DNA of 64,000 bases from a virus (Duplodnaviria; Caudoviricetes). Made by a program: the position numbers and the translations under genes. Positions 46,084 to 54,389 of the stretch are shown here, piece by piece; the stretch's first letter is position 1; each line of letters begins with the position of its first letter. The stretch covers positions 1 through 64,000 of IMG/VR virus record IMGVR_UViG_3300046786_000293. One strand, written 5' to 3'. The notes below the pieces were generated by a model. The model was not told the origin of the DNA. It saw only the letters and a program-made list of their open reading frames with translations, and did no database searches.

Positions 46084-47012
46084 TAATTAGTAACTTTCTC
46101 AAGACCTAAGCGACGCCTCATATCTTCGAATCTATTGTATTGGAAATCTAAGAACTTTTGACTATCGGCAGGTGGTTTAATAATTTCATATTCTAATAGT
46201 TTAAGACTAGAAATCAGATTATTATCTTTAAACGCTGTTTGAGATAAGGAAAACACCCGAGTATCAACTTGATGTCCTTTGACTGCGGATATACCAAACC
46301 AGTAATAAAAATCGAAATCTTCAATGGTTTGTTTTATTATTGGCAACTGCGAAAACTCCTGATGTTTACCTTGACTTGCAATGGCAATAATTTTAATTTT
46401 ATTATCTCTATGAGAATTAGCTAACGTAGACAATGGATCTATTGCACAATCTATACTGCCGCCTATTAGGTTCGCCGTAACATCGCTTGCACCTTTAAAA
46501 GGAATTATTTCAGTCTGACTCAAGCCTAAATGTTTAACTATAAACCTGCCAGCAAACGCTGAGCCAGAATTGCTTACTCCACAATTTAATTTTCTCTTTT
46601 TAGATTGTTCTAAAAATTCATTCCATGATGTAATACCGCTCTGATTACTAACGGCTACTACTAATGGAGTTCTAGCCAACGGCACTACCATATCAAATTG
46701 AGAATAATCGTAGCCATTATTTGAATATAGGACTTTATTAAACAATACAGGACCCGTGGCTGCAATCATGAATGTATTAGAGTCTAACGGCTTATTTAGA
46801 ATATAGGCAACACCTATTTTACCGTCTGCTCCAGGTTTATTTACGATAACCGAGGGAACATTAGAGTTAATTAAGTATTTTTGAAAATTGCGAGCAAACG
46901 TATCTACTGCACCACCTGGAGGATACGGCACAACTAATTCAACTGGTTGAGTTGCATGAGCTATGCTAAAAAATATAAAAAACGCAAAAATAAATTTTGA
47001 TAAATGTTTCAC
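46083..47012 (-). CDS. Bug/TctC tripartite tricarboxylate transporter substrate-binding protein
   Basis: Signal peptide; VVPYPPGGAVD; VNKPGADG; IPFKG...L.GG.ID. Confidence 0.88.
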   Translation of the reverse strand: MKHLSKFIFAFFIFFSIAHATQPVELVVPYPPGGAVDTFARNFQKYLINSNVPSVIVNKPGADGKIGVAYILNKPLDSNTFMIAATGPVLFNKVLYSNNGYDYSQFDMVVPLARTPLVVAVSNQSGITSWNEFLEQSKKRKLNCGVSNSGSAFAGRFIVKHLGLSQTEIIPFKGASDVTANLIGGSIDCAIDPLSTLANSHRDNKIKIIAIASQGKHQEFSQLPIIKQTIEDFDFYYWFGISAVKGHQVDTRVFSLSQTAFKDNNLISSLKLLEYEIIKPPADSQKFLDFQYNRFEDMRRRLGLEKVTN

Positions 47013-47013
47013 T

Positions 47014-47325
47014 TTATTCTTCAGGTTCTAATTTAACTACAAGAGGATATCCGTTGTTACGTGCAAGTTGTGTAACTTCAAATCCCTTTTGTTCAGCCAT
47101 CTCGTGTGGTAAAGTAGCAACTACACCCGATCCATCTGTATGGATCTTAATGGTCATTTCTTCTGCGGCCATGCGATCATAATTGAATATAATGACCAAA
47201 GTTTCGGCAACAAACTCTTGTGTGGTAACTTCATCGTTGATGAAAATTACATTATATCTTAAAGGTTTTGGAATGTCGGTTCTGGGTTTAATTTTTGTAA
47301 CAACGTTTGGATCTGCTGTAGTCAT
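47014..47325 (-). CDS. clpS: ATP-dependent Clp protease adaptor
   Basis: YNVIFINDEVTTQEFV; IHTDGSGVV; A..K; YPL. Confidence 0.92.
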   Translation of the reverse strand: MTTADPNVVTKIKPRTDIPKPLRYNVIFINDEVTTQEFVAETLVIIFNYDRMAAEEMTIKIHTDGSGVVATLPHEMAEQKGFEVTQLARNNGYPLVVKLEPEE

Positions 47326-47371
47326 AATAATTGAAAGTTAGAAGGGGGAAGTTATCCCCCTGTTTATTATA

Positions 47372-47815
47372 TTACTTCTTGTAAGTAATAGCAATCTTCT
47401 TTGGCTTTTCTTCCTCGGGAATTACTAATTCCAAAGCGACTGCGAGAATACCGTTTTGAACGGTTGCTCCACGTACTTCTACGTTGTCTGCTAACGGGAA
47501 AGTGCGAGTAAAGTTTCGAGCACTGATGCCCTTGTGTAGATATTCTACTTTTGGCGCATCTTCTGCTTTGACTTTTTCACCTTTAACAGTTAGCAAGTTG
47601 TCCTTTAATTCTACATCGATTTCGTCTTCAGCAAAGCCAGCCACAGCTACTTCAATAATGAAATGTGTATCGTCCAATTGGGCGATATTGTGTGGGGGAT
47701 AGTTGTCTTTGCTATTAGCAAAAGTACGATTTAGTTCCTCAAACATACGGTCAAAGCCAATGGCATGACGATGTAGTGCAGGTAAATCAAAGGTACGAAG
47801 TGTGAATTGTGTCAT
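47372..47815 (-). CDS. ibpA: Small heat-shock protein (IbpA/Hsp20)
   Basis: IGFDRMF, YPPHNI, AVAGF, YLHKGISARNF, NGIL. Confidence 0.95.
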   Translation of the reverse strand: MTQFTLRTFDLPALHRHAIGFDRMFEELNRTFANSKDNYPPHNIAQLDDTHFIIEVAVAGFAEDEIDVELKDNLLTVKGEKVKAEDAPKVEYLHKGISARNFTRTFPLADNVEVRGATVQNGILAVALELVIPEEEKPKKIAITYKK

Positions 47816-47898
47816 TTTATTTCTCCTTATAAAGCAAGTTATGACATTTAAATGTAGACCCCACCCGGGCATCTACACAAATATTTATTATATAGAAA

Positions 47899-48108
47899 TC
47901 AATCTTGTTTGTCAATTGAGTTGGGCGTAGACATTGGTTCAACGAAATACCATCGTCTTTGGCTTTCAAAAGTTAACGCAAAAAAATTGTAAGTTTCTGC
48001 AGATTCTAAGATAACCCTAAGAGTATATTTTACAATTTTTATTTTGTACGGGAGTTGGTACTTATTACTCCAGTCAAACAGTTGCTTTTTTATTTCGTAA
48101 GCCGCATG
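47899..48108 (-). CDS. Hypothetical protein (start uncertain)
   Basis: ORF downstream of rpsU. Confidence 0.5.
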   Translation of the reverse strand, partial: HAAYEIKKQLFDWSNKYQLPYKIKIVKYTLRVILESAETYNFFALTFESQRRWYFVEPMSTPNSIDKQD

Positions 48109-48158
48109 TTGTGCTCCTAATCCTCCGGCACCTGTGGGCAATACGAACTCGATGTACA

Positions 48159-48371
48159 TTAGTACAACTTCTTGGGCAACGCCTGATCTGCTAGTCGCTT
48201 ACGCCAACGATTTCGTGCCGCAGAGGCTGCTTTTTTACGTGTTGTGGTGGGTTTTTCGTAAAATTCTTTGTCACGAAGATTCTGAAGTAAGCCGCTTTCG
48301 GCAACTTTTTTCTTGAATTTACGTAGAGCACGATCTACGTTGTCATCTTTAACAAATATTTTACAAGCCAT
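48159..48371 (-). CDS. rpsU: Ribosomal protein bS21
   Basis: V...NVDRALRKFKKKV...G.L...R.KEFYEKPT..RK. Confidence 0.92.
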   Translation of the reverse strand: MACKIFVKDDNVDRALRKFKKKVAESGLLQNLRDKEFYEKPTTTRKKAASAARNRWRKRLADQALPKKLY

Positions 48372-48374
48372 ACT

Positions 48375-49085
48375 TTATTTACGCCTAAACGTGTCAATTC
48401 GGCCGATCCAGTCCTTAAGATCACGTTGGCGATCTGGATGACTGTAATCGTCGGGATTTGTGGGATCTTGTCCGTCTGCGGCGTAACTACGCTCTTGGAA
48501 TGTAGAATCGTTGTTATTGCCTGTTACATCTGCACGGTCATGGTATACTTCTACCGCAATATTTTTCATTGCGGCCGCAGGTACTGTTACATTGTAGATC
48601 CACCAATCACTATGTGCTACAGGACTAATACACCCAAATAATTCAATCCAGCCGCTTGGAATAATTGGGAATAAAGCAAAGGGGTGATTCATACTTACGC
48701 AAGGCATACGCAGTAGACCGAAGTATCCGTCTTGTTCTACGATCTTATCGTCCCAGCCTTCGGTGAGCATGAGTGCATCATCGTTCCAGAACATTAGCCA
48801 ATCTCCCGTAGCTTGTTCGCCCAAGAAATTAACATAACGATTTAGTTTCATGTAACCAAATCGTTCGGTTTCAAAAATCTTACTAGTGGCATCACATTGT
48901 CCGATGTAGTCTGCCCAAGTGTTGGCAAAGAAATCTCTGCTTTCGTCGTCGTCGTTATCGTAGGCAATTAGAACTTCAATACGGCTAGTATCCGATGCTG
49001 TAGCCAAAAGACTATTAAGACTTTTGACTAGCATTTCGGTACGTTTGCGAGTGGGTAAAAGAATACTGATTTTAGGTTTTGTCAT
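48375..49085 (-). CDS. Glycosyltransferase family 2
   Basis: ISILLPTRKR; EVLIAYDNDD; WNDD. Confidence 0.85.
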   Translation of the reverse strand: MTKPKISILLPTRKRTEMLVKSLNSLLATASDTSRIEVLIAYDNDDDESRDFFANTWADYIGQCDATSKIFETERFGYMKLNRYVNFLGEQATGDWLMFWNDDALMLTEGWDDKIVEQDGYFGLLRMPCVSMNHPFALFPIIPSGWIELFGCISPVAHSDWWIYNVTVPAAAMKNIAVEVYHDRADVTGNNNDSTFQERSYAADGQDPTNPDDYSHPDRQRDLKDWIGRIDTFRRK

Positions 49086-50679
49086 TTGTAATTTGCTTGA
49101 GTTTTTCTGCTACTAGTTCTTGTTCACTAGCACTTAATTGATCCAGGTCATATTCACCTGACTGCAATTTTTCTATTAAGAATTGTATATATTGTTCGTC
49201 GTAACTGTATGTGTCGGTCTTGGATTTATCTACTTGAATCCATTTTGTTCCGTTATACTTGTACAAACGATTTGGTAGATAATCTACACGTAGGTACATT
49301 TCTCCTTTGTTTGCATTATCTGGGAACGATATACCAAAACTGCTTTTTGCAGGAGTTGCACCTACATTGTCTGCTACCAATTGTGATTTTCTGATATTCG
49401 CAGTTTCGGGAGGAGGTGGAGGGGGAGGTGCTTTATAGGCACGGCGTGCTTCAAGCGGTCCTTCGGTTACCCGTTCTTCTACGTAGTCTCCGGGACGCTC
49501 AGGACTAGATACTTCTGCCACGGGCTCTACTACAGGCTTTTTACGTCTTGGTGCTCTAGGTTTTTTAACTTCAACTGGTTCAGTCTCAGCTTGAGCTACC
49601 AACGGTCCTACGCTGACCCAACCTTCGGGCTTTTTCCAAAAGTCTTTGCTGTTTTTCAAATAAGAAAGTTCTCTGACTGTGTTATTTTCAACAACAGGCT
49701 CCGTATGTTTGTTCACCTCGTCAGGTGTGTGTTCCTCTCTCTTATCGAACATCCATCCAGGCGGATGCGGATCAACGCTTTCGATTTCAGCAAGTTCTTC
49801 AGCAGTAGGTTTTTCTCCCACATCTGCTACCCACGGATCCGGTGCCTTATCAAATGTGTCTAAAAGTTCGTCTGTACGTTCTTGCCAATTTGTTTCGGTG
49901 TCATTGACTGCAATCTCTTTGTCATCCCGGGCCCAACGTAAACTTTGCTGTGCGGCAAGAATTAATACAAGAGCCAAGGGATCAAATACTGCAACGATAA
50001 GAATGATAACCCAACGTACTGCACTTTCTAACAAGTTTGCATCTGGATTATCACCATAGATCATCGCGGCGATATACTTAATAGGGCCGACTTCTGCTTC
50101 GACCTTTCGTACTTCGGCGGCAATAGGCGCACGGGCATCGTTAAGTTCTTGGATAGACTTCTGCGACTGAAGTATTTCATTTTGAAGTCTAGCACGTTCT
50201 TTCTGCTGGGAGCGACGCAGAGCCACAGCCTTGTCGGCACCTTTTTCATCTGTTGAGCGGCCCAATACTTGGTCCACTCCTTCATCCATTTGTTTAAGTG
50301 CCTTACGGTTTGCTTCAATATTTTCTTTTTCGGTTTTGATCTTTTCATCATATATTGCAATCTTACTGGTAACGTTTCCACTTACTAGACTTTGGTCACT
50401 GTGTGCTTTACTTAGGAATCCAAAGATACCCATGGATGTTAGCACCATTAAAAATGCTACTGCGGGCACAAGATACATCTTGTAAGTCCACCTGGCACGA
50501 CTCCAATTTATTTTTAGCCATACTGCGGCTGTGACTTTGCCAACTTCTAATGCCGCACCCATAATGATAATAGGAATAACTGCGGCGGAGAAAATGGCAG
50601 TAAGGCCGACGATACTATAGTATGCGGCCACTGCACTGATTATTAATGCAACAAATAAAGTAAAAAATCCAAATATCAT
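49072..50679 (-). CDS. Multi-TM coiled-coil protein with acidic/Pro-rich tail
   Basis: N-terminal TM helices, coiled coil, VFDPLA TM segment; upstream TAAATA. Confidence 0.8.
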   Translation of the reverse strand: MIFGFFTLFVALIISAVAAYYSIVGLTAIFSAAVIPIIIMGAALEVGKVTAAVWLKINWSRARWTYKMYLVPAVAFLMVLTSMGIFGFLSKAHSDQSLVSGNVTSKIAIYDEKIKTEKENIEANRKALKQMDEGVDQVLGRSTDEKGADKAVALRRSQQKERARLQNEILQSQKSIQELNDARAPIAAEVRKVEAEVGPIKYIAAMIYGDNPDANLLESAVRWVIILIVAVFDPLALVLILAAQQSLRWARDDKEIAVNDTETNWQERTDELLDTFDKAPDPWVADVGEKPTAEELAEIESVDPHPPGWMFDKREEHTPDEVNKHTEPVVENNTVRELSYLKNSKDFWKKPEGWVSVGPLVAQAETEPVEVKKPRAPRRKKPVVEPVAEVSSPERPGDYVEERVTEGPLEARRAYKAPPPPPPPETANIRKSQLVADNVGATPAKSSFGISFPDNANKGEMYLRVDYLPNRLYKYNGTKWIQVDKSKTDTYSYDEQYIQFLIEKLQSGEYDLDQLSASEQELVAEKLKQITNDKT

Positions 50680-50707
50680 AAGTTAGTATTTATCGGCTAT
50701 TCTCCTG

Positions 50708-51061
50708 CTAGCGTATCTTAATTTTATCTACCTTGACTCTATCACTGTACAATTGTCGACCACGTTCACGAATTAGGTCAGCCATATATTGCGGATCTTC
50801 ATCAAATTGTCGACGAAGGTCTTGGGCTGTAATTGTGTCGTCAGTGTCAACAGCGTAAATTTCGTAATGACGCTGAGTGTTAAACCTAGCCCTAAGTACA
50901 AGCATATTCAAAATACTATTAACCGTGTTAGGGCGACCTTTGTTCGAGTTTTCCGATGTGTCTTTGAGTGCGGCCCACATATTTTCCTTGTCAATATCCG
51001 AAATATTAACAACGGCTTCGAGACCTTCACAATCCCAACTAAGAACATAAGTGTGCGTCAT
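50708..51061 (-). CDS. Conserved phage hypothetical protein
   Basis: SWDCEGLE...LRARFN.QRHYEIY. Confidence 0.75.
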   Translation of the reverse strand: MTHTYVLSWDCEGLEAVVNISDIDKENMWAALKDTSENSNKGRPNTVNSILNMLVLRARFNTQRHYEIYAVDTDDTITAQDLRRQFDEDPQYMADLIRERGRQLYSDRVKVDKIKIR

Positions 51062-51303
51062 TGTAGTAGTGCTCTGCCAACACCCATAAGATAAATTACT
51101 AGCAGTCCTGCATTCACTACTATAAGCGCATTGTCACGAATTCGCAAGGCCCAGATCAACCAAATAAGTGTGCCCACGTTCATAACGTAGATGTTAAGTG
51201 GATCTACAGCAAGGCTGGTCAGCACTGCACCAATTAGGATTAGTATAGTAGCAGACCATTTCAAAATGCTGTCTACTTGTCGATACGTTAAAGTTTTAAC
51301 CAT
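51058..51303 (-). CDS. Small three-TM membrane protein
   Basis: Hydrophobic ORF; likely start MVKTL. Confidence 0.7.
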   Translation of the reverse strand: MVKTLTYRQVDSILKWSATILILIGAVLTSLAVDPLNIYVMNVGTLIWLIWALRIRDNALIVVNAGLLVIYLMGVGRALLQ

Positions 51304-51304
51304 A

Positions 51305-51568
51305 TTATTTCCTTGATAAAATATCCCAATCCAATCCATGCCATGGTCGGAAACCTATTTCGCCCAGCCAAGTTTTTTGCTTGACAATCTCTGCCCACTC
51401 GCCTTCACTGTCTTGATAGACTACACGGCAAGAGCCAAATATATTCCGACACTCTTCAAAAACCAAGTCGGCATCGTTTGTGACACTGCGTCCGCCAAGG
51501 TCAAGGTCTCGGATAAACACAATGTCGCCTTCTTTTCTAACGAATTCCCAGCGGCTTCTTGACATCAT
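51305..51568 (-). CDS. Hypothetical protein
   Basis: SVTNDA...VVYQDSEGEW. Confidence 0.75.
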   Translation of the reverse strand: MMSRSRWEFVRKEGDIVFIRDLDLGGRSVTNDADLVFEECRNIFGSCRVVYQDSEGEWAEIVKQKTWLGEIGFRPWHGLDWDILSRK

Positions 51569-51801
51569 TCAACTCCGAAATGTTCTTTAATCCTGTCTTT
51601 AATAACTTGGGAAATATTGCCATTGATACCATCTTCACGACTATACCAAACCTGCTCCATACATTCTTCTACAATCAACTCGGCGAACTTTTTCATTTCT
51701 TCTTCACAGGTTTGATTATGGTATTCCAAATACCAGATATCTTTGTAATCTTCATAAAAAAATCCTGCTTGTATAGCAAGTTCTTTAATTCGTTCGTTCA
51801 T
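51565..51801 (-). CDS. MNERI-family protein, copy G
   Basis: MNERIKELAIQA...KFAELIVEEC...KEHFGVE. Confidence 0.85.
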   Translation of the reverse strand: MNERIKELAIQAGFFYEDYKDIWYLEYHNQTCEEEMKKFAELIVEECMEQVWYSREDGINGNISQVIKDRIKEHFGVE

Positions 51802-51802
51802 T

Positions 51803-51886
51803 TTAAAATCCATCTTTGACGATGACGGCCAGGCCCATGATAATGATAGGCAAGAGTACGATAATCAAATTGGTGATTGCAGTCAT
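51803..51886 (-). CDS. 27-aa hydrophobic peptide (not in ORF track)
   Basis: MTAITNLIIVLLPIIIMGLAVIVKDGF; GGAGA RBS. Confidence 0.6.
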   Translation of the reverse strand: MTAITNLIIVLLPIIIMGLAVIVKDGF

Positions 51887-52119
51887 TTAGTTTCTCCGTA
51901 AGCCAGTGCAAACATCATAAACTTTTTTTCGTCTTTGATAATACCATGATTCCAATAATTTTGACGGTTCTTGGTAAGCCCAATGCCAAATTCATTAAGT
52001 GCAATTTTTTGCATCAATCCTTGGTATCCACGAGCATTCGGGTAGCGTACCCAAGCCAACTGATATGAGACATTAAGAATGTTATTTCTAATAGAGGTGC
52101 TAACCCTGTTCATCGCCAT
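51883..52119 (-). CDS. Hypothetical protein
   Basis: ORF in the chain with overlaps. Confidence 0.65.
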   Translation of the reverse strand: MAMNRVSTSIRNNILNVSYQLAWVRYPNARGYQGLMQKIALNEFGIGLTKNRQNYWNHGIIKDEKKFMMFALAYGETK

Positions 52120-52397
52120 TCGCTCCCACGGTTAATTTCTTCCTCTGTGAATTGTCCACCCATACGATCCGGATTCTCTTTCCAGGAATCGTATGAGGCC
52201 TTTTCCATGCACTTCTCCACATCGGCCAGGATAGCACGGAGTTCATCGATGTTGATCTTCAGGAGTTCTTGCACGGAATGGAGAGCAATGTCTTCTCTAC
52301 AGTCGGCGATGCACCGGGCGGCACGAACCTCGGCAAGATACTTTTCCTTGCCGGCAATGGTATTTTTTAAGTTATCGCGGACGGTTTGGATGTTCAT
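52110..52397 (-). CDS. Hypothetical protein
   Basis: ATGA overlap with MNERI copy H; ends SWKENPDRMGGQF. Confidence 0.75.
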   Translation of the reverse strand: MNIQTVRDNLKNTIAGKEKYLAEVRAARCIADCREDIALHSVQELLKINIDELRAILADVEKCMEKASYDSWKENPDRMGGQFTEEEINRGSEWR

Positions 52398-52627
52398 TCT
52401 TCAACTCCGAAATGTTTCTTAATCGTAGCCGCATATTGATGAGGTCCTGGATTTACATAGGCCATTGCTAAACATCTATCAGCACATTCTTTCACAATCA
52501 ACTCAGCGAACTTTTGTTGCTGTTCCAACCAACCTTCACAATACACACGGCCAAAGTATTCGGGATCGGTGCTGTTGAAAAAGTCTATACCAGCCTGTTC
52601 AGCCAGTTTTTTAATTCGTTCGTTCAT
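52394..52627 (-). CDS. MNERI-family protein, copy H
   Basis: MNERIKKLAEQAG...KFAELIVKEC...KKHFGVEE. Confidence 0.85.
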   Translation of the reverse strand: MNERIKKLAEQAGIDFFNSTDPEYFGRVYCEGWLEQQQKFAELIVKECADRCLAMAYVNPGPHQYAATIKKHFGVEE

Positions 52628-52628
52628 A

Positions 52629-52793
52629 TCAATCCCTATCATAGCATCGTTTGTGGCTGATCAAGTCGCTATGAGTTTGGACCACAGCATTGTGAATACC
52701 AATCTTGGTTGAGCGATACAGGCTCTTGCTCAGGTGAATAACAAATAGCAAGGGCAGGAGCAGGTAGCCTGCATAGTATTCAACGGTCTTCAT
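52629..52793 (-). CDS. Small membrane protein
   Basis: Start MKTVEYY after AAGGAG. Confidence 0.65.
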   Translation of the reverse strand: MKTVEYYAGYLLLPLLFVIHLSKSLYRSTKIGIHNAVVQTHSDLISHKRCYDRD

Positions 52794-52803
52794 GTTAGGC
52801 TCC

Positions 52804-53034
52804 TTAGAGTGCAAACTGTTTGCCGAACTTCTTGGTGAAGTCAGTCTTTGAAATGCTTTCGATTGACACTTTGATCTCGTCAAAAATCTCAATGGTCCGG
52901 GCCACATCAAACACATCCAAAGAACCAAAGTCCCAGAAGCGATCCATATACATACCGTCCATGTCAATCATAACCATGATTGCACGATGATAACCGGTTT
53001 TGTAATCAACTACGCGGTACAGTGTGTGTTTCAT
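52804..53034 (-). CDS. Hypothetical protein (cassette gene)
   Basis: Start MKHTLY after AGGAG; own promoter. Confidence 0.75.
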   Translation of the reverse strand: MKHTLYRVVDYKTGYHRAIMVMIDMDGMYMDRFWDFGSLDVFDVARTIEIFDEIKVSIESISKTDFTKKFGKQFAL

Positions 53035-53064
53035 GATCAACTCCTTTTTGCTTTCTATGTATGT

Positions 53065-53116
53065 ATTATAGCAAAATTGGTAATTTCGAGCAACCAAAAA
53101 ATGTAATACTTAATAC
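53065..53116 (-). promoter_or_regulatory. Repeated cassette promoter (TTGCTC variant) with GTAATAC half-site
   Basis: TTGGTTGCTC-17-TATAAT. Confidence 0.85.
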
Positions 53117-53424
53117 TGATTCAATTGGGGTTGCAGTTCTGCAATGGTGCTACGCTCAAAAGCGTGGGCATCTTTGCGGCCACGTACAACGGCCAAAACA
53201 TCCAGTTCAAATGCATCAGCACCGTGTTCGCGGATGCTGGCACACAGGGCCCAATCCTTGTTTTCCGTCAGCGCACGACGAACGTGCTTTTGCCAACGAA
53301 CTTTAAGGGCTTTCTTGAGTTGCTGGCCGCAAACAGTAATACCTACGTAGTACTCCATAGTGTTGGTGTTCACTAACATATAGACAGCGTGTTTACGGTC
53401 GTTACGGGCTTTGCGTTTCATCAT
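53110..53424 (-). CDS. GIY-YIG domain protein
   Basis: AVYMLVN...YYVGIT...RWQKH...E. Confidence 0.8.
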   Translation of the reverse strand: MMKRKARNDRKHAVYMLVNTNTMEYYVGITVCGQQLKKALKVRWQKHVRRALTENKDWALCASIREHGADAFELDVLAVVRGRKDAHAFERSTIAELQPQLNQY

Positions 53425-53430
53425 ACAAGT

Positions 53431-53463
53431 ATTATAGCAAAAAACACATTTTCGAGCAACCAA
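53431..53463 (-). promoter_or_regulatory. Repeated cassette promoter (TTGCTC variant), only 6 nt above the ATG
   Basis: TTGGTTGCTC-17-TATAAT. Confidence 0.85.
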
Positions 53464-53489
53464 AATTAGTACTAGAAAAGTACTACTTT

Positions 53490-53624
53490 TTACACAGTTT
53501 CTGCTTCAAAAATCTGTTGCGTAATAACAACACCCCCATACAACGATTGATAAAGTTCTGCTACAGACTTGACAAAAAATTGCATGATTCGTCCATCTTT
53601 TGTAAGGAGTGTGTATTGCATCAT
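53490..53624 (-). CDS. 44-aa hypothetical protein (not in ORF track)
   Basis: MMQYTLLTKDGRIMQFFVKSVAELYQSLYGGVVITQQIFEAETV. Confidence 0.65.
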   Translation of the reverse strand: MMQYTLLTKDGRIMQFFVKSVAELYQSLYGGVVITQQIFEAETV

Positions 53625-53657
53625 GTCTTAATTATAGCATCGTTTTGGTATAAAAGC

Positions 53658-53681
53658 AAAAACCCTCCATTGCGGAGGGTT
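53658..53681 (-). terminator. Rho-independent terminator
   Basis: CCCTCC-GCAAT-GGAGGG followed by T5 on the minus strand. Confidence 0.8.
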
Positions 53682-53688
53682 ATGTAAG

Positions 53689-53877
53689 TTAGCAACGACT
53701 GACTTCGCCTACGTAGTAATCCTCAGAATCGCTATAGTCGCAAACGGCTTTTGCCCGGGCTTTTGCTTCTACTTCATTATCGTAGTACTCAACCCAAATA
53801 ATGCGCTGACCATAGCCCCTTTCACGTTCCACGAGCTGAACTTTCCAGAGACCTTCTTTGATGTTGACCTTTGCCAT
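53689..53877 (-). CDS. Hypothetical protein (cassette gene)
   Basis: AGGAG RBS; promoter TTGACC-17-TATTAT at 53931-53903. Confidence 0.75.
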   Translation of the reverse strand: MAKVNIKEGLWKVQLVERERGYGQRIIWVEYYDNEVEAKARAKAVCDYSDSEDYYVGEVSRC

Positions 53878-53934
53878 TTAGGACTCCTTTCTTTAGGCTT
53901 TTATAATAACATAAAGTGGAGTTTTGGTCAACCG

Positions 53935-54168
53935 TTATCGAATGCGTACTTTGGTTTTAACTTTCTTAAACTCAATATTCATGTAATGACGAACTAACTT
54001 GTCGTTAATACTGTTTGGTAAGTCCAAAAACGGTTCTTCTAGTACAAACTGAAATTTGCAGTTAGCCCATGTTCCTGTTTTCAAATAGTTTTGATATTCA
54101 CGCCTATGTTCAACGTTGGTGGCATCAAAAATAGCATAAGGTCGTGACAGTAAGAATGACTTTAGCAT
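53935..54168 (-). CDS. Hypothetical protein
   Basis: ORF in the chain. Confidence 0.75.
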   Translation of the reverse strand: MLKSFLLSRPYAIFDATNVEHRREYQNYLKTGTWANCKFQFVLEEPFLDLPNSINDKLVRHYMNIEFKKVKTKVRIR

Positions 54169-54170
54169 GG

Positions 54171-54389
54171 TTAATGTAGGGTGTGTGATTGAAAATTGGC
54201 TATATCGAAAATTTGCATTACCTTTTTTACATTGTCTGGCATTTCTACCATTTCAAACTCTTCAGGTAACAATACAGTTTTAAGAGTGCCATCTTGATTA
54301 ACGATAAAAACAAAATCGTGTTCTCCAATGCAATCAAAGAATTCATCTTCTGTAACTTCTTCTAGTTGGCTATTAAAAGGTTGTGGCAT
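54171..54389 (-). CDS. Small acidic hypothetical protein
   Basis: ORF in the chain. Confidence 0.7.
   Translation of the reverse strand: MPQPFNSQLEEVTEDEFFDCIGEHDFVFIVNQDGTLKTVLLPEEFEMVEMPDNVKKVMQIFDIANFQSHTLH

Noticed and set aside
647-52627. CRISPR array or diversity-generating retroelement as the explanation for the MNERI repeats
   Set aside because: The repeats are in-frame parts of ORFs, dispersed and irregularly spaced. The variable parts differ in length rather than at adenines only, and no cas or reverse transcriptase gene is in the window.
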